Assembly (NCBI RefSeq): GCF_006345805.1
Contig: NC_043008.1
Coordinates: forward strand, 56,358,001 to 56,422,000
Length of the DNA: 64,000 nucleotides
Reading direction: 5' to 3'
From: Octopus sinensis
Taxonomy: Eukaryota
Numbering within the stretch: the stretch's first letter is position 1; each line of letters opens with the position of its first letter. A program made the translations under genes and the position numbers. The notes under the pieces were generated by a model, which was not told the DNA's origin, did no database searches, and worked only from the letters and a program-made list of their open reading frames with translations. Of the stretch, positions 26,363 to 39,423 are shown piece by piece.

Positions 26363-26367
<5 letters not shown>
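25833..26367 (+). mobile_element. Diverged SINE A whose 3' end is replaced by an inverted copy of its own 5' part
   Basis: 25849-25967 is inverted at 26249-26367 with few mismatches. Confidence 0.8.
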
Positions 26368-26395
<28 letters not shown>

Positions 26396-26396
<1 letters not shown>

Positions 26397-26560
26397 AGAA
26401 TTCAGGAAAAAACAAAAGACGAGGGTAGGTAGTGTAGACAACAAACAGATGTATTAGTATAACCCTCGGGAAGTGAAGAGGTCTTTAATGTTTCGAGCCT
26501 ACGCTCTTCCACAGAAAGGAACACAGAAAGAAACACGGAAAGAAAATAAAGAGTGTGTAG
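26396..26560 (-). mobile_element. Penelope-like fragment with variant minimal hammerhead (26483-26518)
   Basis: Minus strand CTTT-CTGTGGA-A-GAGC-GTAG-GCTC-GAAA-C-ATT-AAAG. Confidence 0.6.
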
Positions 26561-26569
26561 TGGCTTGCG

Positions 26570-26675
<106 letters not shown>

Positions 26676-26696
26676 ACCTCTCTCTCTCTTTCTCTA

Positions 26697-26727
<31 letters not shown>

Positions 26728-26797
26728 ATATATACCACTGGTATTTGAGTACTCTTTTTTCACCTTGTTTCACATTTATGGGTTTACTCCGGTATAT

Positions 26798-26894
<97 letters not shown>

Positions 26895-26991
26895 GGGTGT
26901 ATGTATATTATATGTATAGCTTTGCATATACATATATTTACGTATATGTTTATACATGATATATCTGTCTATCTATCTATAAATATATATG

Positions 26992-27335
26992 TTGGGTAGT
27001 CCCTGCGGCGCAAGTTGACTAAAATTAAGAGTATGATAGAAGAAGGCTTGCTTTTTATTCTGTAGTAGACAAAATACAAATCGGGCTATGTTAAAACCAA
27101 AAATTATTTACATCAAAAATTTGCTTTTTTTTCTATGAAAATCCCTATTTTTTACGATTTTTTTACTGCTGTGTAACCATTTTTCTATGTATTTCAACCA
27201 GAAAAATGCTCACTTAAAGAGAATAACAAGCTACATATTGCTAAATTTTTACTTTTCAAAAATTCCAATTCTAAAGGGTCGAAAAGTAAACAAACCCGAG
27301 CAACGCCGGGCTATACTGCTAGTATATTTATATAT
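26992..27335 (-). mobile_element. Helentron/HINE-like non-autonomous element
   Basis: Minus strand begins ACTAGCAGTATAGCCCGG-CGTTG-CTCGGG (subterminal hairpin) and has an AT-rich body. No ORF. Confidence 0.5.
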
Positions 27336-27506
27336 TGTCACATCAAATAAACGAAGAATAAAATTAACAATGACAAACACACACACACACACACACCCTC
27401 ACACACACACACACAATGCACACACACAGATACACACACACACACACCTAAAATTAGCATATAATATATATATATATAGATATAGTTACGTATGTGTATG
27501 TATATA

Positions 27507-27550
<44 letters not shown>

Positions 27551-28179
27551 GTATGTGTGTGTGTGTATATGCATGTTTAAATGTACATGTATGTGTATAT
27601 TAGTATATATATATATAAATACATCCAAGGTCCGAAAGAGAGAGAAGAGGAAAGGCGGTAGGTAGAGATAAGAGAAATAAAAAGAGGCGGAGAGAGAGAG
27701 AGAGATGGAGAGAGAGAGGGGAGAGAGAGAGAGAGAGAGTGGGGAGTAATACAAAGAGCAGAATGTTGTTAGGAAACTCCTTCGCTAAAAGATGAAGGAC
27801 AACTCCACTAAAACTGATACATATATATCTACCTTTGACATGCAGAACTAAATATGATACATGCGATTATCACAAATTTGTATGACAGCGACTCCAACCG
27901 TGTCAGCCACCGCGATATAACGGTGAGAGGACAATGACATCTCCAGATTATTCATTACCTTCAACACCCAAACTATCAGTTATTCGCTGTCCCTTGCTTT
28001 ACGTCCTCGTTGCTAACATTGAATGCGTATGTTTCTATAATGTGATGTAATAACCGCTAATATACCGTGTTCCCTTATTCAATTACGCTTTAGAAAGGCA
28101 GGTGAAGTGCATCATCAGAATATACATAAATTAGAACTAATTCAGTATGATGTATGGACTTGCTCGCTTGCAGATACAT

Positions 28180-28488
28180 ACATACATCACCGTGATCACC
28201 GTGATCGACCAGGCTATCAGATGTTGCAACACATCGCTGGCCACAATGCGCTTCGCATTGTTTTAGCCTTCAAATGACGCCACCCCGCTGGCTAAGCGAG
28301 CAGGCCAACAGAAGAAATAGTGAGAGAAAGTTGTGGCGAAAGAGTACAGCAGGGATCGCCACCATCCCCTACCGGAGCCTCGAGGAGCTTTTAGGTGTTT
28401 TCGCTCACAACGCCCGGTCTGGGAATCAAAATCGCGATCCTACAACTGCAAATCCGCTGCCCTAACCACTGGGCCATTGTGCCTCCAC
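28180..28488 (-). mobile_element. SINE family C, tail type 1
   Basis: Head TGGAGGCACAATGGCCCAGTGGTTAGGGCAGCGG; tail GCTTAGCCAGCGGGGTGGCGTCATTTGAAGGCTAAAAC. Confidence 0.9.
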
Positions 28489-28507
28489 ACATACATACAT
28501 ACATACA

Positions 28508-28543
<36 letters not shown>

Positions 28544-28774
28544 TATATCGTTGATATTAAGCTCAGCAAACGAAAATGTAGTTTCACCTTTCCATAGCAA
28601 AACCGTTGCACTACACTTCGGCAATTTTTGATCTCTTGGCACCTGAAGCAGCTGGAAATACGATAGTTTGACCAAAAGATTCCGGCTATTGCAAGCAAAA
28701 ATAAATATTGAAGAAAAAAAGAACGCATTTGACCAAATTTGGACATATGGCAGTTTAACATAATAAGAACGATG

Positions 28775-28807
<33 letters not shown>

Positions 28808-28808
<1 letters not shown>

Positions 28809-29107
28809 GCAATAATAAATCTCTGAACGAGATGTAAACAGTAACCGCTCGACAATGTAAAGTATAATAGCCATCTCAATATGGCTAACCACTAAGGGTG
28901 GGTGTTACTGTAGCTTTTAGCCCCAGGAGATCATCGTCTCCAGCTGGCTTTAGGCACACTATCTGATGACCTCCCTTGCAAATACCATAAGGGCACAGAT
29001 AGTGTGCCTAAAGCCAGCTGGAGACGATGATCTCCTGGGGCTAAAAGCTACAGTAACACCCACCATTTGTGGTTAGCCATATTGAGATGGCTATTATACT
29101 TTACATT
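28808..29107. mobile_element. Foldback copy of a 1522-related subfamily
   Basis: 28854-28965 is inverted at 28996-29107 with a 30-nt spacer. (TA)n flanks both sides. Starts with GCAATAATAAATCTCTGAACGAG. Confidence 0.8.
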
Positions 29108-29123
29108 ATATATATATATATCT

Positions 29124-29160
<37 letters not shown>

Positions 29161-29198
29161 GTGTATGTGTGTGGGTGTAATGTATATATATATATATG

Positions 29199-29229
<31 letters not shown>

Positions 29230-29249
29230 TATATATATATATATATATA

Positions 29250-29306
<57 letters not shown>

Positions 29307-29659
29307 TATATATATATATATAGTACAAAGTAAGATTGGGGTTATGAGGGTAACCCACTATGGGATATCAGTTATCCAATATACTGCCAGTGAAGCACCC
29401 AAATACTAAATACATAAATGCTTATAATTGCAATGCAATTAATTCATTTATTGTATTGGATGGGTGAAGGTAAAATATTTTACTGTAAATCCATAATACA
29501 AATAAGAAAATGGAGGAACAAATTCATTTCGATCATCAACTTACAGATATTACAATTTCATATTATTTATTAATTATATAAAGAGGAACATGAAAATCGA
29601 ACAAAACAATATACATCAATATGCAAATTAATAATACAATAAAAATAATGCAAATAAAC

Positions 29660-30010
29660 TGCTCCTTACAGCTGTTTCAGCCTATGGTTAAGAGGCAATC
29701 CACCTTAAATTGGCCCCATGACTTTTTCTTTGTAAGCCTATTACTTATTCTATCGGTCTCGTTTGCCGAACCGCTAAGTTACGGGGTCGTAACTACATCA
29801 GCATCAGTTGTCATGCGATGGTGGTGGGGACAAACACAGGCACACAAATATATATGTATATATATATATATATACATACAACGTGCTTCTTTCCAATTCC
29901 GTCTACCAAATCCACCCAGAAAGCTTTGGTTGGTCCGAGGCTATAGGAGAAGACACCTGCTTAAGGGGTTCTAAGTGGTTGGGAAGCAACCTACTTACCA
30001 CACAGCCACA
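29660..30010 (-). mobile_element. SINE family A, diverged
   Basis: Recognisable GCCGAACCGCTAAGTTACGGGG and TTCCGTCTACCAAATCCAC blocks. Confidence 0.8.
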
Positions 30011-30244
30011 CTATATATATGTATATATGTGTGTGAATATAAGTGTGTATATATATTGGCACATACACAGTACATGCTTGTGCTCGACGCGAAACAATCA
30101 AACCGCGTATACACCCACCCACAAATACACATACACTCACACGCGCACATATGAAAGAGAGAGTGAGACAGATAGACAGACAGATATACAGACAGCTAGA
30201 GAAAAGAAAAAAAGAGACCGTACAGACATACATGTGCCCTTTTC

Positions 30245-30535
30245 AAGCCTAGCCAGGCTCATGGACCCGGTTTCCCGGTTTCTATGGCGTATGTGTTCCC
30301 CCCAGCTGGACGTGATGCTAGTCCATCGCAGCGTTACTCAAGAAACAGGAAGAGAGAGTGAGAGAAAGTTGGGGCGAAAGAGTACAACAGGGGTCGCCCC
30401 CCCCCTGCCGGAGCCTCGTGGAGCTTTAGGTGTTTTCGCTCAATAAACACACACAACGCCTGGTCTGGAAATCAAAACCGCGATCCTCCGACCGCGAGTC
30501 CGCTGCCCTAACCACTGGGCCATCGCGCCTCCACA
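30245..30535 (-). mobile_element. SINE family C, tail type 2-like
   Basis: Same head as 28180; tail resembles 10198 and 63012. Confidence 0.88.
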
Positions 30536-31244
30536 CAGGCATACACACACAAGCATAAACTGCGACATATACACACAGGTGCACAAACTTACACACATAT
30601 TGACACGTATACATAAGTATACACAACGCATATATACACATATATAAACACTTACTCCATATGTATTTGAGGAAGCTCACACATTCGCTATCCATCTGTA
30701 CATTCACCTGGTCAATTACTTTTCGATCAAACCACCAGGAAGATAATTGCTATCAATGTAATTAAAATATAAATAAATAATTAGCATATAGATAATTAGG
30801 CATAGGGTGGGGTGTAATTAATGAATTAAGATTTTTATATTTAGATTGACAATCTTAGTATTGGGACTTTGATAAGCGTATGATGTTATATTTAGATTTG
30901 TGGTGAGGTGAATCATTGTACGCGTGGAGCTGCACGTGTACATGCGTATACACACACATATATACTGCACACACACATACATACATACAAACATACACAC
31001 ATACATACATACATACATACATACATACAACATACATACATACATATATATATATACACACACATTATATATATATATATACATACGCACACATATATAT
31101 ATATGTGTATGCTTGTACGGAAAGAGAGGGAGTAAAAGTGAAAGATGCAGAGAGAGAGAGAGAGAGAGAGGGAGAGACAGAGTGTGTGTGTGTGAGGAGA
31201 GGAGAGATGCATACACAAAAATTAACTCATATTCACGTTTAACC

Positions 31245-31294
<50 letters not shown>

Positions 31295-31632
31295 TCACAC
31301 ATGAATGCATACGTTACATACATACATACGTACATATATAGATATATATGTATGTATACACACACATTAACATATGCACACATACACGCATATATATTTG
31401 TATATATATGTATATATATACACATACATACAGACAGACAGACATATATATATATATCATATCATATTATATTCAAAGCGTGTACTAAGTATGCTCAAAT
31501 ATAATGTGACCCTCCCGCTTATAAAAAAAATTCAGTAAAACGCTAGCCCTTCACTGTTAATGTATATACGAGTGAATATGTTATACATACACACATATAT
31601 TTGTATATAGATGTATGTATATTACATGTATC

Positions 31633-31669
<37 letters not shown>

Positions 31670-31697
31670 CATATGTATATATATGTATATATCTATC

Positions 31698-31742
<45 letters not shown>

Positions 31743-32964
31743 GCGACCCATGATAAGCGCACAGGCACACATAAGTATATTACGTATCTTGTAGACTGTG
31801 TCTCAAGTCAGTACTCCTCTATACGTTGTAAATATTTCTTTTATTAACTTGATGTTATCGCAAAACGTTACTGTATGGCATTGCAGTAACAACAAGAGTG
31901 TCTCTTACAAAATTAGACACTGCTTGGGTAAAAATAGACCGATTACACGATTGCACGAGCAACCACAATTGGTTTCTCTTTTTGATTATGTCCGCGATTA
32001 TATTAAGTTCAACTGTACTCCCTGGGTACAAAGCACGTTCGTTAAAACGTTGAACGTGAGGAAGAAAAGATCATGGCGTCTGGAATGAAATATCACAGAG
32101 AGAAACTCTTTGGGAAGTGTACGAACCAGAAAACGTCTTCGTTAAACTTGTATGCTAGTATTTAAACCGCCCGTATATTCTGCTTCTATGTTCTACTTAT
32201 TCTATGTTCAAACAAGCCAGATCCAGCCACTCACACCCATTCTACAATGTCCTTTAAAAATAAATAACAGTGACAAACGAAAAATACACCGCCGAAAGTT
32301 GTTTCTTGTATATATTTATTTTATTACCTCCGCCAATGAAGGAGGTTATGTTTTCACGGTGTTGGTTTGTCCGCCTGTGTGATGTGTGATGCTGAGGTGA
32401 TGGTGGTAATAGTGGTGTTGATGATAGTGTTAGTTGTGTCATGGTGGTATTGTAGTAGTTATACTGGTAGTGGTAGTGGTGGTGTGGGGAGCCTGCTAGA
32501 TCATGCTTATGTGAACCAGGATCGGCGTCCTCAAGTCACCGTAACCGACTGTTACTTTTCCGACCAAGATGTTGTGTGTGTATCACTCAAGTTTTAGGTA
32601 ATTGCTTTCTTCTTAGTTATATGGTGAAACTAGCTTGCTGTTGTCATTGCTGTATTATAACTTCTTCAGATGATTCCTGTTTTTAAAGGTCATTTAAAAA
32701 AGAATCATATGGCTGTGTTATTTTTTAAACCCCGCCAAAGAGGTTATGTTTTTGCCGGCGTTGATTTGGGAAATTGGGCGATTTTCAGCATGCGTGTATA
32801 TCGGTGGAAATGAGCTACTTGGCGGAGGTCTGCGCACTTTGAGTGCTTCTCTGGTTATAAATGCAAAAATATACCACAGAGGAGTCGACGTAAGCTTAAA
32901 TGATAAACCGCGATAGGTGAACCGCGATATGACGAGAGATTACTGTACACATATATATATATAT

Positions 32965-33170
32965 ATATATAGTTACTCCAAGTATGAACAAAGAGAAAAC
33001 ACAACAACGCGAGGACGTGGAACAAGTATTGTGTTATTGGACGCTCAGGAAAGGAAAGAAAAAAAGAGGATTTAACGTTTCGAGCGGAGCTCTTCGTCAG
33101 AAACATAGAAAAAGGAAAAGTCGAAGGAAGGGAAGATGGAGAAAGAAAATCGCCAACGATATACACGCGG
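32965..33170 (-). mobile_element. Penelope-like non-autonomous fragment
   Basis: Homologous to 43710-43920 (inverted). Contains a minimal hammerhead and ends in (TA)n. Confidence 0.7.
33070..33104 (-). ncRNA. Minimal type I hammerhead ribozyme with canonical core
   Basis: Minus strand GTTT-CTGACGA-A-GAGC-TCC-GCTC-GAAA-C-GTT-AAAT. Extra A after A9; loopless palindromic stem III ACGT. Confidence 0.72.
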
Positions 33171-34659
33171 TCATATATATATATATATTTCGAGCAATGC
33201 CACTCTTTGATTGTTCTCTTAAACATATATAGCCAGATGTGGCTTTTCAAACCTACTAGAGACCCACACATTTTTGAACGCATGTGGCAGAAAGGGTTCA
33301 CAGAGCACTCATGTTGACGCATACCTTCCTTCCATGAAGGAATTTTTAATGAATGTTTTACCTTTCTTAACCACGGTCAGCCATAGTATATGACGCATAA
33401 TGGTGGTCTCCCGTTGCCCGAGAAAGTTTTGTTCTGCAATTTCTTACGATGCAATCTGCATAAATGATTCGCTTATAGTGATCAAATGTTTGTGCTTTAC
33501 ATTAGATCACTCGCTGTACAGGTGCACGATGTACTGCACGCCAGGTGTCGAAGTGATCGTAGAGCACCGTGAGACGAAGTGCTTGGCTCATAAACACAAC
33601 GCACTACCAGGGTCAGGAATTGAAACCATGAGCTTGCGGTCGTGAGTGCAACGCCTTGAGCACTAGGCCATGCGCCCTCATATACAAAACATGACAGAAA
33701 CGTTTAGAATCGAAACTTTAAAAAGTGAGGAAAAGTATTGTACGAGGCCGAAGCAACTCTCTCAACAACGAATGCATTTGTCCCAGAAGAACTATTTGTC
33801 CCAGAAAAACTATTTTACATCATTGGATGCTAACGAAGTCGCAGATGTTATATCAGAGTTTTCCTTCCCCCAGAGAGATGTTTAAACAAAGACTAATGCT
33901 ATCTCGCCCCCACCTGATAGATCGTTGTTGACTTAACTGAGTTCATTAGCCCTTTGATATCTTTACTTTTCGTCCTCCACGGTGTCCAACACGAACTAAG
34001 CACCTTAACAAGTAAATTTCGTAGGTTGCCGGCTTAGTCGCCGACCGCCCGACCATGCGGCAGGTTGTACCGGGTTACATGTTATCGGTATCACTAATAG
34101 TGATCTGACATACTTATAAATGTATATGCACATATATACATTCATGCATACATTCATATATACACATGAATAGATATAGATAAACATATATATATATACA
34201 TATATATTTATATATATGTCTGTCTGTGTGTGTGTGTATGTATATATATTATCTACACACCTACATACACCCATATGCATATACACATAGCAATCCCATA
34301 CAGTTAAGAGAAAATTTCAAATCTAGATATAGCAAACTTTGAACTAATAATATATTTAATTAGTTGATTGACTTATTTGAGATAGATGTGTAATGCGTGC
34401 GTGCGCGCACACACACACACTCGAACACACTCATATTACACATCCACACATAGAACCACAAACAAGTACATATACACAGACATACAAATACATACACACA
34501 TGCAAATTCGTACACACATGCATACTGACACACATACATACATGCATGCATACATACATAATACATACATGCATACATACATACATACATACATACATAC
34601 AAATATGCATGCATGTATATTTAGCTACATGTCTGTCTGTCTATCTATCTTTATCTATA

Positions 34660-34925
34660 TCACGCGAACTCGTGACCGACCTGACAATCACATTTTGTTA
34701 TACATCGCTGGTCACAACGCGCTTTGTTTCGTTTTAGCATTCGAATGACGCCACTCCGCTAGCTAGGCAAGCAGGTCAACATTCCACCCTGATCGAAAGG
34801 GGGATTGGAGCAATGTGAAATGAAGTGCTTTGCTCAAGAACACGACACACCACCCGGTCTGGGAACCGAAACCACGATCAAGCGATTGTGAGTGCAAGAG
34901 CATAACCACACAGCCACGGGCCTTC
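34660..34925 (-). mobile_element. SINE with V-like centre and type 1 tail
   Basis: Centre GTGTTCTTGAGCAAAGCACTTCATTTCACATTGCTCC; tail as in 28180 and 46520. Confidence 0.75.
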
Positions 34926-35013
34926 GCTATATCTGTATACCAGTACAAACATAGGCACTAATATCTATCTATCTATCTATTTATCTATTTATGAATTTGA
35001 TATGAATTTGAAT

Positions 35014-35063
<50 letters not shown>

Positions 35064-35972
35064 ATTTATATTAATTAGGGATTAAAAATTCCGGCGTCAC
35101 GGGGATTCAAATAAATTGAATTATTCTCGATAAGAAGATATAAGTCATTTAGAGATAGAAGTCCCCATGCAATTCACATTTGGAACTTGAGAAAAGTCTT
35201 GCATATTTTTACTGTTCCACTCACAGACTGCACTTGTAATGTATGAATTTATCCAGATTCTCCTTTATGAATCTGTATGTATGTATGTATGTATGTATGT
35301 ATGTATGTATGTATGTATGTATGTATGTATGTATGTGTATAAATTTCTTGTAACAAAGAAGTGGGTGAACGTCAGGGATCGAGGGTTAAAGCACACCTCC
35401 ATTACTAGAAATTATAAGTATATTTTTCTAATTTACGCACAAAGCCTCTAAAAATTTCCCAACTTCCTAACTGTTCTGCCAGTGTGCCCTTCTTGTGAAT
35501 GTTTGCGTTTAAAGAGAAAAATGTCGCAATATTGTTTTTAGAAGCCGGAGATTCATGAGCCGTTACTTAGAATTTCCGCTTCCTATTATTCAAACGTTTA
35601 CACACACACACACACACACACACGAGTTTTTGTTTCGTTAATTATGATTGAAAGTTATATAAGTAAAGGGTCACTAAGTATATTTAGGTAGAGTGTCGCA
35701 TATTCACAACGGGCGAAATGTATGTATGTATGTATGTATGTATGTATGTATGTATGTATGTATGTATGCATGTATGTATGTATGCATGTATGCATGTATG
35801 CCTCTATGTATGTATGTATGAGTGTATGCATGTATGTATGTATGTATGTATGTATGTATGTATGTATGTATGTATGTATGTATGTATGTATGTATGTATG
35901 TATGCATGCATGCATATATGTATGTATGTCTTTTTTATTTCTGAATTATTATAAATCTTCCACTGAGGTCTG

Positions 35973-36064
<92 letters not shown>

Positions 36065-36274
36065 CATATATACATGTTTGTTGTAGGTATAAATATTAGT
36101 TCAACTCCGCACCCCCACATATATAAATTCATATATGCACGCGCGCGCGCGCGCGTGTGTCTGTGTGTGTTTGGATTCCCGCGTGGATACGTTAATAATT
36201 AAATAGATATACAAATAAATGTAGTTTTGTTTTCATATACTTCGACAGTAAGAAAAACCTACATTGAGAGAGAA

Positions 36275-36343
<69 letters not shown>

Positions 36344-37011
36344 AGAGGAAGAGAGTGGCAAAGAAAGAGAGTGGGAGAGAAATAGAGTAGGAGAAAAGGA
36401 GTGAGAGAGAGAGATAGAGCGAGAGAGAGGGAGAGAGAGCGAGTAGAAAGTATTTTCTTTCAAAATCTGAAATCTATTAACACAGATTTCAAATTACTAC
36501 ATACATACATGCATATAATATTCTTTTAATTTGCTCCATTATTTCTAATTAAAAGGCGAGGCGTTGTTTAAATAATTCTGAGATAAAAACTAATTAAAAA
36601 TAACAAACTGGATTTTTCACCACTCTAAACATAAACTGATTGCCGTTTTGTGAATTTCTTGGTTTTTATGCTGTCAAAAATCACAACTAAATAATATTTT
36701 TCCAATACTTTGCCATATTTGTGAGCCTGTGGGAAAAAAACCTTGACAAAAATAATGAGAAAATTAAGACCAAAGCAACTGTTAGTTCCGTTATTGAAGT
36801 TAGGAATTTTGTCAATAAACTAATTGCTATTTGTGTTTTGTCTGAGGAATGTCATATACAGAGATTGGATAATAAAACAGAAACACTTTCTTAACGAACG
36901 ATTTATTATTCTAATACGGATTTCACATCAATCACAACGATATTAAGTTGGGGAGTTCATTTGAACATGTTCTGAATGGTCGTTAAGGGAATTTTGAACC
37001 ATTCTTCAAGT

Positions 37012-37595
37012 AGGCGCAGGAGTGGCTGTGTGGTAAGTAGCTTGCTAACCAACCACATGGTTCCAGGTTCAGTCCCACTGCGTCGTGGCACCTTGGGCAA
37101 GTGGTCTTCTACTATAGCCTCGGGCCGACCAAAGCCTTGTGAGTGGATTTGGTAGACGGAAACTGAAAAAAAGCCCGTCGTATATATTATATATAATATA
37201 TATTTATGTGCGTGTGTGTGTATGTATATATATATACAGGGTGTCCATAAATTATGGGTACATGGGGATTAACACATACTTTAAGAAATTATTATTTCTT
37301 ACATTTAATTCTTTATGTTATGATTTTATTTACTCCATGTACCCAGTTTTGTGGACACCCTGTATGTATGTGTGTGTATATGTTTGCGTGTGCCCCCCCC
37401 TCACCCAACATTGCTTGACATCGATGCTGGTGTGTTTACGCCTCCGTACCTTAGCGGTTCGGCAAAAGAGACCGATAGAATAAGTACTAGGCTTACAAAG
37501 AATAAGTCCTGGGGGTCGATCTGCTCAACTAAAAGGCGGTGCTCCAGCATGGCCGCAGTCAAAATGACTGAAACGTATAAGAGAATAAAAGAATA
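37012..37595 (+). mobile_element. SINE family A containing a nested MITE
   Basis: Full head and tail. The internal TA/TG tract is interrupted by the 37235 MITE. Confidence 0.9.
37235..37364. mobile_element. Tc1/mariner-type MITE, ~130 bp
   Basis: TA-CAGGGTGTCCA..TGGGTACATGG at the left, the inverse CCATGTACCCA..TGGACACCCTG-TA at the right; TIRs about 30 bp. A solo TIR of the same type lies near 46980. Confidence 0.88.
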
Positions 37596-38060
37596 AAACC
37601 TCGATTTAGCTCTTTCTGCAATGAAGGTCGAGGGGAAACGGCTCCTCACTTTTGCTCAAAACGCACCAGAGCTAGTCTAATTGGTCTAATTGCGCCCTTC
37701 TTACCGATTTTGAATAATATTATCTATGTGAATAAGCGCATTGACGTCCTAGAAGATTGTGTTGGCATCAGGGAAAACATTTGTAATATAAGATAAAACA
37801 TGAACTTTCAAAATACTTCAATAACTCTTGGCAGTAACTCTGCCAAGTCGAATAACTACAGGGCCAAGAAAATTCCGTGCTGTAGCTGTCTAAATCCTCA
37901 CAGTACCATTTGCATACTTCATCTTACAGGCCAAACAATCGTATGTCAATGTCGACAGAATTCTTGTATAAAAATGATAAAATTGTATGGATAAAAGTAT
38001 AGAGTAACGCATCATCAGATTAATATGAAATCATTTTTATCAAACCCGAAGATAAAAACA

Positions 38061-38135
<75 letters not shown>

Positions 38136-38152
38136 TATATATATATATATAT

Positions 38153-38282
38153 ACTTTCTGTCGAAGAGCGTAGGCTCGAAACGTAAAAGACTTTTTCTAT
38201 TCCTTAGCGCTATACTAATACATTTGTTTGTTTGTACACCACCTGCCTTCGTCTTTTGTTTATTTTCGTAAACTTTCCCTTT
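38153..38282 (+). mobile_element. Penelope-like fragment with variant minimal hammerhead (38154-38189)
   Basis: CTTT-CTGTCGA-A-GAGC-GTAG-GCTC-GAAA-C-GTA-AAAG, embedded in (TA)n on both sides. Confidence 0.7.
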
Positions 38283-38519
38283 ATATATATATATATATAT
38301 ATATATATCAACATTAAAATACACACACGCACAAACAACACACGCATATATGTTTATATTCATATATTTATATACACACGCGAACACACAGATAAATGAT
38401 GTATTTTCATTTTATATGTTGTTCTTGGCCTCTACCTCTGTGATTGAAGGCATTCTAGCTATGACCACCCGACTTTAATATATCACTGTGTAATCCATCA
38501 GTCTTTTAAAGACAGTAGG

Positions 38520-38760
38520 GTGGGCGATTTAAGAGAAGTCATTTTACTATTTACATCCCAAAGGACATTCTTTACGGGTCGATCTCAACTGCGACACAGG
38601 GATGTTGTAGAAAGAAATTTGAAGGACCTTGTCATTAATGCAGAGTCTCGGGAGGGCCTCGCAGCTGACCTGCCAATATGGAGGAGCACCACAGGAGACG
38701 CTGCTCAAAACAGCAAGGATACTAACTATGGTCAGCTCTGACCGAAGGAGGCCCTAGATT
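38520..38760 (+). pseudogene. RTE-clade LINE 3' relic
   Basis: Translates to GRSQLRHRDVVERNLKDLVINAESREGLAADLPIWRS, resembling the RTE C-terminal pattern GRP.LR..D...R.L......WE.LA.DR..WR. Confidence 0.65.
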
Positions 38761-38967
38761 TGTATGATTAGTGATCACTTCTACTCTTCCTTATTTCGTT
38801 TGTGATATGGTAGTTATTTAGCCCCAATGTGTTTCATCTCAGACCTCAGGTATCCAATATGTGCTTCCCTTTACAATATAATTTTTGTTTGTAGAAACAT
38901 TTCGTTGCTGTCTCTAGGAGACCGAGTGCACCTCGTTGATATTTTGTTTATTTTTTTGCATTTTCAG

Positions 38968-39106
38968 TGGGTGTGGCATTGTCGGAATCACACTGATTAC
39001 ACCAAAACTGTAAAGACCAACATCCCACAGGACATAGACATAAGCAATGAACTCCTTGAGAAATCAGCTGCAGGTGATGTACAAGAAGTGGCTCGCTTAC
39101 TTCGAG
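38968..39106 (+). CDS. NUDT12: NUDT12-like exon, start of ankyrin region (WVWHCR..NELLEKSAAGDVQEVARLLR)
   Basis: TTTTCAG acceptor and G|GTAAGT donor. SAAGDVQEVARLL resembles the NUDT12 N-terminal ankyrin helix (SAAEGDIAKL). Confidence 0.7.
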
Positions 39107-39197
39107 GTAAGTTACTGATATATATCATCAATTGACCACAGCTAGAGCACAACTTTGATCATAATTCTGGTCATATGGTTTCAGAGCGAGTTAGGGC

Positions 39198-39395
39198 TTA
39201 ACCATTTAACATTTAAACCAGATAATATCAGGCCCAAAAGTTCTACCGGTTTTATGTTCAATCCGTCCAGATTTGAGCTCCCACACCTGCCCTACAATAT
39301 CATTCTAAAAGTATAAGCACTCACGTCAATGAAATCTGAAAGCTACGAATGTGAATAAATATCATTACATTTAACAGAAGAATCTGAATATTAAA
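39198..39395. mobile_element. Diverged piggyBac-like MITE
   Basis: TTAACCATTTAACATTTAAACC start and CCCTACAATATCATTCTAAAA body, recalled from an abundant Octopus TTAA-flanked repeat. The right TIR is decayed. Confidence 0.4.
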
Positions 39396-39423
39396 CAACA
39401 ATAAAAAAAAAAAAATCAACAGA

